Assembly (NCBI GenBank): GCA_050246755.1
Contig: JBFWVL010000001.1
Span: 960,001-1,024,000, forward strand
Source of the DNA: Bacteriovoracia bacterium
GTDB lineage: Bacteria; Bdellovibrionota; UBA1018; CAIPTA01
DNA: 64,000 nt
Direction of reading: 5' to 3'
Shown here in pieces: positions 1 to 9,022 of this stretch. Position numbers and translations under genes: made by a program. Positions within the stretch are counted from its first letter, which is position 1. The number at the start of each line of letters is the position of its first letter. The notes under the pieces are model-generated. The model searched no databases. It was given only the letters and a program-made list of their open reading frames with translations, and was not told where the DNA came from.

Positions 1-1
1 A

Positions 2-664
2 GAAAAAAAGAATAGGGAACAAGAGCACGCCCTCCGGATCGCTGGTGGATCTTTGTCATCCGCTTCGGCCAGTGTGCCGCTTGAAATCGTAAAAGAACAA
101 CAAGAGACGATTCATCAACTTATGACGCTGGTGACTCAACTCGCCAATAGCCCTACCTCCACGAGTCCACTGCTTTTTTTGCCCTCCGTTTCCGACGTCC
201 ATACCGCCTGCTCCGGTTTTTGGCGGCTAAAAATGCTGAGCGCTGGCGTAAAAGTAAAAGTGCTTCAGAAATTTCAGCTTCGCCCGAAGATATGGGCCTT
301 GGTTAAACTGCGCGATTCTGATCGCTTGCAACTCGTTTACCTAGCGCAGGAATTTCAGAATTTTTTTCTCGCCCATCAGGCCACTAGCCCCGGAACCCTG
401 CTGATTCCCCACCGGGCCGTTTACGGCCAAGTGGTAGAGCTGAGAAATCAGATGGGCGAAAGAATTTTTCTGCCCAATGAACTCAGGACTCGCTTTTATA
501 GCCTGGCCCTTGCTTGGCTCTTCGTGCTCGTACACGTGGCCAAAAACATCTTGTTTCGCCGGGTGCGCAGTCCCTGGCTTTGGCGCGCTTCCGTGCTCTA
601 CCGCCGCGCCCTAAAAACGCTTGGGATTCATGTACCCGTAGTGCCTCCGCCCTCTGGACTCTAG
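2..664 (+). CDS. 5'-truncated protein of unknown function with conserved basic/amphipathic C-terminal tag
   Basis: Frame open from base 2 (EKKNREQEH...) to TAG at 664, so the start lies outside the window; C-terminus aligns with that of the next protein. Confidence 0.7.
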   Translation, partial: EKKNREQEHALRIAGGSLSSASASVPLEIVKEQQETIHQLMTLVTQLANSPTSTSPLLFLPSVSDVHTACSGFWRLKMLSAGVKVKVLQKFQLRPKIWALVKLRDSDRLQLVYLAQEFQNFFLAHQATSPGTLLIPHRAVYGQVVELRNQMGERIFLPNELRTRFYSLALAWLFVLVHVAKNILFRRVRSPWLWRASVLYRRALKTLGIHVPVVPPPSGL

Positions 665-690
665 GCCCAAAAGTATGGTTCACTAGGGCC

Positions 691-2619
691 ATGCTCCCCT
701 CAACACAGCGCAATGAAAGGCTTGTGGGCTTTTGTAGCGCTCCCTGGACCGATTGCATCACCTACGCCGATGGCGAGCTCAAAGCTTGCGATCGAAACGT
801 GGCGTCTTTCGGTAACTGGCAAAAAGACGGGCTGAAAAAAACCTGGAACAGCGAAAAATTTCAAAGTTTCCGAGCCGCCGTTCGTGAAGGCCGTTATCCA
901 GACCAAGACTGTGCCAGCTGCCACAACAATGGAACTCAGCGCACGGCGGAAAGCAGTATGGGCGGTGCTTACCACGCTCATAATGAATTTCTTTGCCGGT
1001 TCTTGGGTGTTTCCACGATCGAAGAGATTGAACAATTCCGGCAATTTTTCAGCCTAAAAAAACGTAACGCCGAAAGCGATCTAGCGTTCCCTGTTTTTTA
1101 CCGCTATCTGGATCAGCTAAAAGCCGATCACCCGGGCGCATTTGAGAGCAATCGCGAATTCCACAATGCGGTAGTGAAACTGCGGGTACTGGCGGAAGCA
1201 CTAGAGGATTATCTCGGCGGCGCGCTCGAGCCGCGAAGAGTGGCCACGTTCCGCCAGTCTCAGCTGCAAGCAAAATGCACCGCCCGCTGCGTAATGTGCG
1301 CCGGAAAATTTACCGGCGAAATTGTGGATGGTCCTACGATGGACGAGCAGTTCGTGGATGAGGCCTTTGCCGAGATTGAAGACGTGACTGATTTCTGGTG
1401 CAACGGCGCGGAGTATCTCTACTACAAAGAGTGGAAGAAAATCGCGCTCATGCTTGCCAATGAAGGAACCAAGCTCCGCGTTTCCACCAACGGCATTCTG
1501 CTCACCGAGCCCACGATCAAGTTTATGATCGACAACGGCATCCTGCGCTTTCTCACCGTAAGCATCGATGCTGCCACCAAGGAAACCTTGGAATCCACGC
1601 GCGTAAATGTGAATTTCGAGAAAACCATGGCGCGCATAAAATATTTGCTCGAATACGCCCAAGAGAAAAATCTCGTGTTCGAGTTCACCGCCGCGTTCGT
1701 GATGATGAAAAGAAATCTCGCCGAGCTTCCTGCTTTCGTTCGTCTGATACATAGCCTGCGTCCGCCAGGCTGCAAACAGCTGGTAACCGTGCTTTGCCAG
1801 CCACTCGAGAATTTCGACGTCCTGAACTATCGGCGTTTCGTGCACGGAGAACATCACTCGCTATTTGGCGAGGAAAAGCTAAAAGAAATTTTCCAGGAAA
1901 CTTACCGTGCCCACCTCGAAACGGGCGTGCAGGTCTCCTTCTATAATCAAAAGCTGAAGGAATTTATGGAAGCGGGCATGCCCTTCCCCCGTTTTTTCCC
2001 ACGCCGTACCGATATGGATATTTTGTTGGCGGATCTAGCTCGTTCCGAAGCCCGCATTCCCTTCCTCCACGAGGCGATCGAAAAGGATTTTAACTCTATC
2101 CTGGAAAGCACCAAGGGCGATGCCGCGGCGCTGCACCGGGCGGTTTTATGTCAGGCGAACGCGCTGCTGGAAAAGAACGCGGTTGTCCAGGAGATCGTTC
2201 TGGCGTTTCCCGAGCTGAAGTCCCGGCTCGAAACGATTATGCCGAACTGGGCTTCTAATTTTTTGGCGAAAAAAGTTCCTTCCACGGCCCAAGCGAGCGA
2301 ATCGGAAGTAGAGGTAAGAAATTTGGAATCCGAAAGCCCTGCGGCAAAATCCGCCCAGCATTTCGGCGTAATGGTAAGCTCGGCGAACGGATCGGTATTA
2401 TTGGAATCTTCAGTTCCGGGATCAAATCCTTTGCGTCGAGCTTTTGTCGGGCTTTTAGGAAAAGTGTATATTGCCGTTCACCGTCTAAAGACCAAGCTAG
2501 TCGGTGATCGTAAAAGCCTGCTCCTATGGAATTTATCGGTAGCTTATCGCCGCGCTCTGGCCGCATTCGGCCTACGCGTGAATCCGTTGCCCATCGACAA
2601 TCAACGAAGTGGCGGCTAA
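691..2619 (+). CDS. Radical SAM protein with N-terminal SPASM/twitch domain and C-terminal tag
   Basis: CSAPW...ACD...CASC twitch-like cysteines followed by CxxxCxxC (CTARCVMC), STNGILL and VSIDA; ATG 691 chosen because the longer ORF start overlaps the upstream gene. Confidence 0.85.
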   Translation: MLPSTQRNERLVGFCSAPWTDCITYADGELKACDRNVASFGNWQKDGLKKTWNSEKFQSFRAAVREGRYPDQDCASCHNNGTQRTAESSMGGAYHAHNEFLCRFLGVSTIEEIEQFRQFFSLKKRNAESDLAFPVFYRYLDQLKADHPGAFESNREFHNAVVKLRVLAEALEDYLGGALEPRRVATFRQSQLQAKCTARCVMCAGKFTGEIVDGPTMDEQFVDEAFAEIEDVTDFWCNGAEYLYYKEWKKIALMLANEGTKLRVSTNGILLTEPTIKFMIDNGILRFLTVSIDAATKETLESTRVNVNFEKTMARIKYLLEYAQEKNLVFEFTAAFVMMKRNLAELPAFVRLIHSLRPPGCKQLVTVLCQPLENFDVLNYRRFVHGEHHSLFGEEKLKEIFQETYRAHLETGVQVSFYNQKLKEFMEAGMPFPRFFPRRTDMDILLADLARSEARIPFLHEAIEKDFNSILESTKGDAAALHRAVLCQANALLEKNAVVQEIVLAFPELKSRLETIMPNWASNFLAKKVPSTAQASESEVEVRNLESESPAAKSAQHFGVMVSSANGSVLLESSVPGSNPLRRAFVGLLGKVYIAVHRLKTKLVGDRKSLLLWNLSVAYRRALAAFGLRVNPLPIDNQRSGG

Positions 2620-2627
2620 GAGGCGCG

Positions 2628-4043
2628 ATGGCAAAATACACCAAAAAACTTCCCGAAAACTTTTGCATCCTTCCTTTTACGACGATGCTCGTCCGGGCAG
2701 ATGCCAGCGTGTCTGTTTGCTGCCTGAATTCTTCTTCGGCCACCAATGAAGGTGGCGAACAGCTGCACTTATATAAAGATCCGCTGAAGCGGGCCTTCCA
2801 TTCGCCCCTGTTTCAAGAGCTGCGGGCCGATATGTCGGCGGGGAAAAGACATCCCAGCTGCGAAAACTGCTGGCGCGACGATGACGCCGGAATTCCCTCG
2901 AAACGCATTGCCGATAATGAGATTTGGGGCCACTGGGTGGATCCTAGCCTAGAAGGAAAAGGCCCCGACTCCCCCATAGACGTAAGCTTTAATCTCGGCA
3001 CGCTTTGCAATCTGAAATGCCGGATTTGCGGATCCACTTCTTCTTCGCGCTGGGCCCAGGAATATCTCGAGCTTTTTGGCACCGACCATATTCCTCGCAA
3101 TAACGATTTCATTAAGAAAATGCCGCTCGAGGAATCTCGAGCGCTGCTTTCGAACTGGCCGCAGAAAAATCCTGAGCTCACTTCCACTATTTTCGAGTGG
3201 CTTCCCCATATGGAAAGAATGGAGTTTCTCGGCGGAGAACCTTTCCTGAATATGAAGCAGTTTGAAATTGTGGCGAAGTCAGTGGAGATCGGCGCGGCCA
3301 AGAATCAAGCGTTACATTTCGCCACCAACGGGTCACAATTCCCCGACGAATCAGCGCGTGAGAAGTGGTCCCACTTTAAGTACGTAAACGTGAATATAAG
3401 CGTAGACGGCCTCAGGGATCAGTTTGAGTACCAGCGCTTCGGCGCAAAATGGGATCAAGCACTCGCCAATATCGAGAAGTACCGAGCGCTCGATAGCGTG
3501 GATCTCGTGCAGATCTATTTGAGCATCAGCGTTTTCACGGTATTTTATCTGCCGGAAATTCTTTCTTTCTGGCATAAACGTGGCTTAAACGTTTGCCTAT
3601 CCACCGTTACGAACCCACATCGGTTCGACGCGCGGGTGATTCCTCCGCCGCTCAAGAAAATGATCCTGGAAAAATACACCCATTACCAGAATGAGCTCCC
3701 CGCTGATCTTCGGGAAAAAATGAACGGGGTGGGCAACTTCATGAATTCCGCGGACCACTCCAATCTTTGGCTGAAGTTTATCGAGTCCGTTTGGTTTCAC
3801 GATGACTATCGTAAGCAGTCTTTCTCTCAGACTTTTCCCGAATTTCACGCGGAAATCGAACGCCAGGGATTCTGGTACGATTATGTCTCTCAAAAAGACT
3901 TGTTTCTTCAGCATTCTGGCGAAGAACCGATTCCCTCGCAAAAGAAAGAAGCCGTGCTTGGCTCCTCCGTTCCTATTCCGAAAATAGCCCAACGCAAAAC
4001 CTGGATATCTCGATTTATGGGCCGTGGCAGCGATTCACTCTAG
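2628..4043 (+). CDS. Twitch-domain-first radical SAM protein
   Basis: CILPF...VCC...CENCW, CNLKCRIC, GGEPF, TNGS, ISVDG; SD-like AAGAGG before ATG 2628. Confidence 0.9.
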   Translation: MAKYTKKLPENFCILPFTTMLVRADASVSVCCLNSSSATNEGGEQLHLYKDPLKRAFHSPLFQELRADMSAGKRHPSCENCWRDDDAGIPSKRIADNEIWGHWVDPSLEGKGPDSPIDVSFNLGTLCNLKCRICGSTSSSRWAQEYLELFGTDHIPRNNDFIKKMPLEESRALLSNWPQKNPELTSTIFEWLPHMERMEFLGGEPFLNMKQFEIVAKSVEIGAAKNQALHFATNGSQFPDESAREKWSHFKYVNVNISVDGLRDQFEYQRFGAKWDQALANIEKYRALDSVDLVQIYLSISVFTVFYLPEILSFWHKRGLNVCLSTVTNPHRFDARVIPPPLKKMILEKYTHYQNELPADLREKMNGVGNFMNSADHSNLWLKFIESVWFHDDYRKQSFSQTFPEFHAEIERQGFWYDYVSQKDLFLQHSGEEPIPSQKKEAVLGSSVPIPKIAQRKTWISRFMGRGSDSL

Positions 4044-4051
4044 GAGAGGGT

Positions 4052-5002
4052 TTGGCGCAAAAGAAAAAATTATCGATCATCATTCCCGTCTTCAACGAAG
4101 CCGAAAACATTACGCGCATCTATGAGGAACTGTGCTCTGTTCGCACCTCCTCGCTCGCGCCTTATGAATTTGAGATCCTTTTCATGGATAATCATAGTGA
4201 AGATGCCTCCTTCTCCACGATCGCTTCCCTGGCGCAAAATGACTCCTCGGTGCGAGTGATCCGGCTGAGCCGAAATTTCGGTTACCAAGCGAATATCTTA
4301 ACTGGATTCAGAAACTGTACTGGCCACGCTGCTATTCAGCTGGACGCCGACGGGGAAGACGATCCCGCACTGATTCCAGCCTTGGTAAAGCGATGGGAGG
4401 AAGGCTTCAAGGTGGTGTACGGCATTCGGCGTAAGCGCTTTGAAAGCATATTCCTATCGTGGCAGCGAAAGATTTTCTACCGGCTCCTCAGATGGCTATC
4501 TTCCGTGCCGATTCCGGTAGACTCCGGAGATTTCCGCCTAATAGATCGCCAAGTAATCGAATGCCTGCGCTCTTTCGATGAAGCCAATCCCTACCTGCGG
4601 GGCCTAATCGCTTTCGCCGGGTTCCGGAGCACTGGCGTGCCCTATGACCGGCGTCCGCGATATAAAGGGCAAGGCAAACTTTCGTGGTGGAGCTATGTTT
4701 TTCTGGGAATCGACGGAATATGCTCTTTCTCTAAAAAGCCGCTCGCCGTGGCAACCTGGGCGGGCCTTTTTCTCTTTGGTGCCGGTGGAGTTCTATTTGG
4801 TTTTCAGCTTTGGAAAATGCCCCATATGGAGGAAACGGTCTCCTGGGCGCCTTTCCTTCTTAGCACTCAGCTGTTGGTGGGCGGAATTCAGCTTCTCTGT
4901 TTAGGCATCATGGGTCTATACGTGGGCCGAATTCTCGATGAGGCGAAGGGCCGGCCCATTAGCGTGATCGAGAACACTCTTTCTTCGAAAGGCGACGAAT
5001 AG
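4052..5002 (+). CDS. GT2 polyprenyl-phosphate glycosyltransferase (GtrB/ArnC-like)
   Basis: IIIPVFNE, RLSRNFG, DAD, GDFRLIDR motifs; two C-terminal TM helices; GGAGAGG before TTG start. Confidence 0.9.
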   Translation: MAQKKKLSIIIPVFNEAENITRIYEELCSVRTSSLAPYEFEILFMDNHSEDASFSTIASLAQNDSSVRVIRLSRNFGYQANILTGFRNCTGHAAIQLDADGEDDPALIPALVKRWEEGFKVVYGIRRKRFESIFLSWQRKIFYRLLRWLSSVPIPVDSGDFRLIDRQVIECLRSFDEANPYLRGLIAFAGFRSTGVPYDRRPRYKGQGKLSWWSYVFLGIDGICSFSKKPLAVATWAGLFLFGAGGVLFGFQLWKMPHMEETVSWAPFLLSTQLLVGGIQLLCLGIMGLYVGRILDEAKGRPISVIENTLSSKGDE

Positions 5003-5947
5003 TTGTCCAGCTCCATTAAAAAATCCGTCTCACGAAAGATTCTGATCACGGGAGCTTCTGGATTTATTGGCTCGCACTTAACGAGCCACTTTCTATCCCT
5101 TGGCTACGAGGTTCACACAATCAACAAACGCGAAGTCGCGTCTTTGCCCTCCGCGGCTCGCCAACATATTGCAGATTTCGCCGATCAATCCTCGCTGGGA
5201 TCCACGCTCGAAAAAATTGCCGCGCCAATCGTTGTTCACTTAGCGGGCCGAACGGTGCCTGGCCGCGACTTTGCGGAGTTCGGGAAGCAATTTGAAAATA
5301 CAGTATCGCCCGCCATTCACATGGCATTGGAGCTTCCAGTCGCTACCAAGCTAGCGTTATTTTTTGGCTCTTGTGAAGAGTATGGAAACGGACCGGCTCC
5401 CTTCCGTGAAGAAAACTGTCCGGTGGCATTCTCCCCTTACGGCTGGGGAAAAATTTCAGCCTTCTACGGCGCCACCTTGATCGCCCGGCAACGCCAATTG
5501 AACTGGTGCTGGCTGCGGCCTTTTCTCACGTTCGGGCCAGGCCAAGAATCCCAGCTTTTGATACCCACCTTGATCCGGGGCTGCTTGGCGGGCGAAGACG
5601 TAGACCTCTCGCCGGGCGAGCAAACTCGCGACTTTTTATACGTTGAGGACTTATGCCAGATGATCTCCACGATTGTCGGCACCCCTGAACGCGCGCGCGG
5701 GGAAATCATCAATCTATGCTCAGGAGTGCCCCGCACAGTAAAATCCGTGGCCGAGAAAGTAAGGGATCTTGCGGGCGGAGGCAACTTAAGATTTGGCGCG
5801 TCTCCTTATCGGGCCGAAGAGGCAATGCAGTTTTTTGGCTCTGGAGAAAAATTCACGCGGCTCTTTGGGAAACCTCGCCTAACCGAATTTGAAAAAGCCC
5901 TGCGCCTCACCCTGGACTTTCAACGCTCGGAAGAGATTAAAAAATGA
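5003..5947 (+). CDS. NAD-dependent NDP-sugar epimerase/dehydratase/4-reductase (extended SDR)
   Basis: TGASGFIG, GSCEEYG, YGWGK (YxxxK), RDFLYVED. Confidence 0.9.
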   Translation: MSSSIKKSVSRKILITGASGFIGSHLTSHFLSLGYEVHTINKREVASLPSAARQHIADFADQSSLGSTLEKIAAPIVVHLAGRTVPGRDFAEFGKQFENTVSPAIHMALELPVATKLALFFGSCEEYGNGPAPFREENCPVAFSPYGWGKISAFYGATLIARQRQLNWCWLRPFLTFGPGQESQLLIPTLIRGCLAGEDVDLSPGEQTRDFLYVEDLCQMISTIVGTPERARGEIINLCSGVPRTVKSVAEKVRDLAGGGNLRFGASPYRAEEAMQFFGSGEKFTRLFGKPRLTEFEKALRLTLDFQRSEEIKK

Positions 5948-7299
5948 CCGCATTTTTTCGTAGAGAATGGCTACGGCAGCTCGTTCCTTGCCTTGGCCTA
6001 CTTGCCGGATTCATTTATCTGATTTTTTCGCTTAATGCGGAGCTTCGGGGGGCCGCCAGGTACTTGGGACAACCGATCTATCCCCGGGTAGAGGATTGGA
6101 TTTCAAGTGCCGAATGTTCCCAAAAAACGCATACGTTTCTCGTATTATGCCAAAAAGATGAGGCCGGAAATTATATTCCCATTGAAAATGCATCTTATGG
6201 AGATGACCGGGCCCATGCCCTAATTGGAAATATCTTAAGCTGGATTACTAGTGAAAAGGTGGGCCTGCTCACTTACATAAAAGTTAACTTCTTCCTTAAT
6301 GCCTTCGGCATTTTCTCTTTAGCCCTCTCGCTTTTTTTTTCCGACAGAAAGTTGGCATCGTTGGCGGCTCTATTCTTTGGCGCCCAATTCGGGATTAACC
6401 ACGAATACGCCTCGGCCGATGTAACCGCCGCGCATATCGGGATTGCCAGTCTCGCCCTAACTCCGATCGTCTGGTGGTCACACTGGGCAAAACTCGGCAC
6501 CCTTCCGAGACGATGGTTTTGGGGCTCTCTCCTCCCCGGTCTCTCGCTCACGTTTGCCGTGCTTCTCCGCGAGCCCGTGGGTCGTGCGGCGGAACTAGGA
6601 TGCCTATTCATTGCCGCTTGCGTATTATGGAAATTTATTCATATGGCAGCCGGAGAATCCCGCGCGCAAAGTAAAAAAATTCTTTTTGCCCTGTTTCTCT
6701 CCGTGTTTTTTGCCCATTTCGGAACCTGGATTATTTTATCAGCGCGAAACCTTCTCTACCCCGTGGCTCCTAGTTCGCATTCTATTTCTCACGGAATCGC
6801 GCACAATTTGTATATGGGCCTAGGATACCTACCTAATTCTTTTGGCATTAAAAACGAGGATGAATTCGCGATGGAGGCCGCCAAGAAGGAAGAGCCCGAT
6901 TCGAACTATCTAACTGATCTTCATTTCAAGGTCATGTGGCGCCTTTATTTTCGGGCGGTTAGCGAGAACCCGCGCGAAGTTCTACGTATCTATACCCAAA
7001 AGACGAAAAAAATATTTAAGCTCTACTTCTTTCGTGATTTTTTGCTCTGGAAAGCATTCGCGGTCGCTTTTCTCCTGAGCGCGGCCGCCTTTTTGCTGGT
7101 GCGCCCCTCGCCTTGGATGGAGTTTTTGCCGATTTACCTTTACCTCGCGCTTTATTACCTGCAGGGCGTGCTAGCCACCCCGGTGGAAGTTTTCCTGTAC
7201 GGGGGAAAAACAATCGTTGTCCTAATTATAATTTTATCGGTAAATCGAATCTTTAGCTGGATCAGAAATTCATATCCAGACGGATTTTTGCGTTCTTAA
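5944..7299 (+). CDS. Polytopic membrane protein, possible GT-C glycosyltransferase
   Basis: About 10 or more hydrophobic segments; a large loop after TM1 carries an acidic pair (YGDDR); overlaps the epimerase stop, consistent with translational coupling. Confidence 0.55.
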   Translation: MTAFFRREWLRQLVPCLGLLAGFIYLIFSLNAELRGAARYLGQPIYPRVEDWISSAECSQKTHTFLVLCQKDEAGNYIPIENASYGDDRAHALIGNILSWITSEKVGLLTYIKVNFFLNAFGIFSLALSLFFSDRKLASLAALFFGAQFGINHEYASADVTAAHIGIASLALTPIVWWSHWAKLGTLPRRWFWGSLLPGLSLTFAVLLREPVGRAAELGCLFIAACVLWKFIHMAAGESRAQSKKILFALFLSVFFAHFGTWIILSARNLLYPVAPSSHSISHGIAHNLYMGLGYLPNSFGIKNEDEFAMEAAKKEEPDSNYLTDLHFKVMWRLYFRAVSENPREVLRIYTQKTKKIFKLYFFRDFLLWKAFAVAFLLSAAAFLLVRPSPWMEFLPIYLYLALYYLQGVLATPVEVFLYGGKTIVVLIIILSVNRIFSWIRNSYPDGFLRS

Positions 7300-8776
7300 G
7301 AAGATCCTGCTTTAGTTCCGTAAGCTCGGTGCGGTGGGGGTGCTCCGGCAGATGCACGGCTTCCTGCTCATAGTGTTCCACGGCCATTCCGTTCCACTGC
7401 ACGAACTGCGAAAAATCTATACAATCCGCGCCCACTTCTTCCGCCAGCCTCACGAACTCACGCATGGTGCGAAAATTCGCCTTTCTCACCACGAAACGCA
7501 AAGCAAAATCCTTAAATTCCCCCTTGCGGCGCTTCTCTCCCACCCAGCGTAAATTTTCCCAAAGCCGATCCCAGTCGCCGCCACGCACCTCGGCATATAC
7601 TTCTTTTGTGCCGGCATCCACCGACACGGCCACGCGGCGAATAAGCTCAGTTCCCGGGCGAAGCTCGTCGAAGGTTTTTTGGTTGAATAGTATCCCGTTC
7701 GTAACCAGGTCTACCTCGCGCAACCGAGGAAAGCGGCTCTTGTCGCCCGCACTCTTTAAAAGTTCGCGCAGGTAAGAACTGAAAAAAACTTCGCCATCGG
7801 CCGACATTTTCATCACTTCAATTGTGCTCGCAAATCGCGCCAGCGACTCGTCGGTCTTTTTCAGCAAGCCTTCGGCGTAAGGAGTAAGTTTCGTAATTTT
7901 TTCTTTCCGGCAGGAAGGACAAGCCAAATTGCAGCGCGGATCACCGGTGATCGAAGCATACGCCGGTCCTTCGGCTAAAAACTCCACACCTTCCGCCATC
8001 GCCGCAATATTACGTTCAGAAATCGGGGGATAAAGAGGCTCTTTCCGCTCTCTCATTTCTTCAATTTCATCGAGGCTATATAGCTTGGCCTGGCAGATAT
8101 CCCGGCGGCAATAACGGTAGTCTCCCGCCAGAACGGCTTTTCTTAGAGCAGTGGCGCCCGGGCCGCTCCAGGCATCGTGCTTCCCTTGAAGGTTCGCGTA
8201 GTATTCACGCGGCTCGAGGGCATAGTACTCATCGGTGAGCCAAGTATAGCAGCAAGGCACAAATGGGCCGTACGCCGGGATATCCATTTGGGAAAAAGGA
8301 TGTGGACAAATTTTCGTTTCAAAATAAGCGGGTGGCCCGGCACGAACGGCGGTAAAGGCAACCGACATCTGGCGGCTGTCTTGTGGATAGTCGGTGCCCC
8401 GTTCGTTCCAGGCGGAATACCGAAAGCTTAGAACGCGGGAGCTGTTCGATGCGGGAACGCGCAAAACTGAAGTTATTTTTTCCAGCTGAGAATTTATCTG
8501 AAACTCGCCGATCAACTTTCCGTCTATTCGGACGGAGATTTTTAGGTCGGGAATTTGCGAAGCCAAGGTGAACTTAACAGCCGATTCTTGGCTCGAAGAG
8601 CCCAGCGAAAATATGGTTTCTGGCCCTTTAGACCAGCGCCAACTATGCCCGGTCTGGGAATCAATTTCCAAATCATATAGGCCAGAGGGTATGGCTCCGC
8701 CCGGGAAACGAAGTAAATCGCTAAGGACCGAATTTTCTTTTGGCGCGTTTGGTACGGCCTTTTTCCAGCGAAACAT
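7262..8776 (-). CDS. Radical SAM protein with N-terminal beta-rich domain and twitch domain
   Basis: GLYDLE...WRWSKGP beta-rich N-terminal domain; CPHPF...PCC...CRRDIC; CNLACPSC, TNGILF, VSVDA; start at 8776 or 8806 uncertain. Confidence 0.85.
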   Translation of the reverse strand: MFRWKKAVPNAPKENSVLSDLLRFPGGAIPSGLYDLEIDSQTGHSWRWSKGPETIFSLGSSSQESAVKFTLASQIPDLKISVRIDGKLIGEFQINSQLEKITSVLRVPASNSSRVLSFRYSAWNERGTDYPQDSRQMSVAFTAVRAGPPAYFETKICPHPFSQMDIPAYGPFVPCCYTWLTDEYYALEPREYYANLQGKHDAWSGPGATALRKAVLAGDYRYCRRDICQAKLYSLDEIEEMRERKEPLYPPISERNIAAMAEGVEFLAEGPAYASITGDPRCNLACPSCRKEKITKLTPYAEGLLKKTDESLARFASTIEVMKMSADGEVFFSSYLRELLKSAGDKSRFPRLREVDLVTNGILFNQKTFDELRPGTELIRRVAVSVDAGTKEVYAEVRGGDWDRLWENLRWVGEKRRKGEFKDFALRFVVRKANFRTMREFVRLAEEVGADCIDFSQFVQWNGMAVEHYEQEAVHLPEHPHRTELTELKQDLLKNAKIRLDMNF

Positions 8777-8840
8777 CAAAATTATTTGTAGCACAGCCGC
8801 GAACATTCACAAAAAGCGGCATTAAGGCAGGTTCAGTATA

Positions 8841-8931
8841 TGGTGCCGAGGACGAGAATCGAACTCGTACGGTCCGATGAAGGTCCGCAGGATTTTAAGT
8901 CCTGTGTGTCTACCAATTCCACCACCCCGGC
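8841..8931 (-). tRNA. tRNA-Leu (anticodon UAA), CCA encoded
   Basis: Reverse complement GCCGGGGTGGTGGAATTGGTAGACAC-ACAGGA-CTTAAAA-TCCTG...GTTCGATTC...CCTCGGCACCA, with a long variable arm. Confidence 0.97.
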
Positions 8932-8972
8932 TTAGGAGCAAAGAACCTATTCAAACTAATACGTCTAAAGAC

Positions 8973-9003
8973 AAAAAAAAAGCCTCCGCTGCGCCGAGAA
9001 GCT
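8973..9003 (-). terminator. Probable intrinsic terminator of hup
   Basis: AGCTTC..GGAGGCT imperfect stem followed by a T run on the minus strand. Confidence 0.55.
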
Positions 9004-9022
9004 CATTTCGCGCCAAAATGCC

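Noticed and set aside
514-690. N-terminal extension of the 701-aa ORF overlapping the upstream gene
   Set aside because: It overlaps the conserved tail of the upstream CDS; the twitch domain starts right after ATG 691
2526-2627. Longer start for the second radical SAM
   Set aside because: It overlaps the previous gene; an SD precedes ATG 2628
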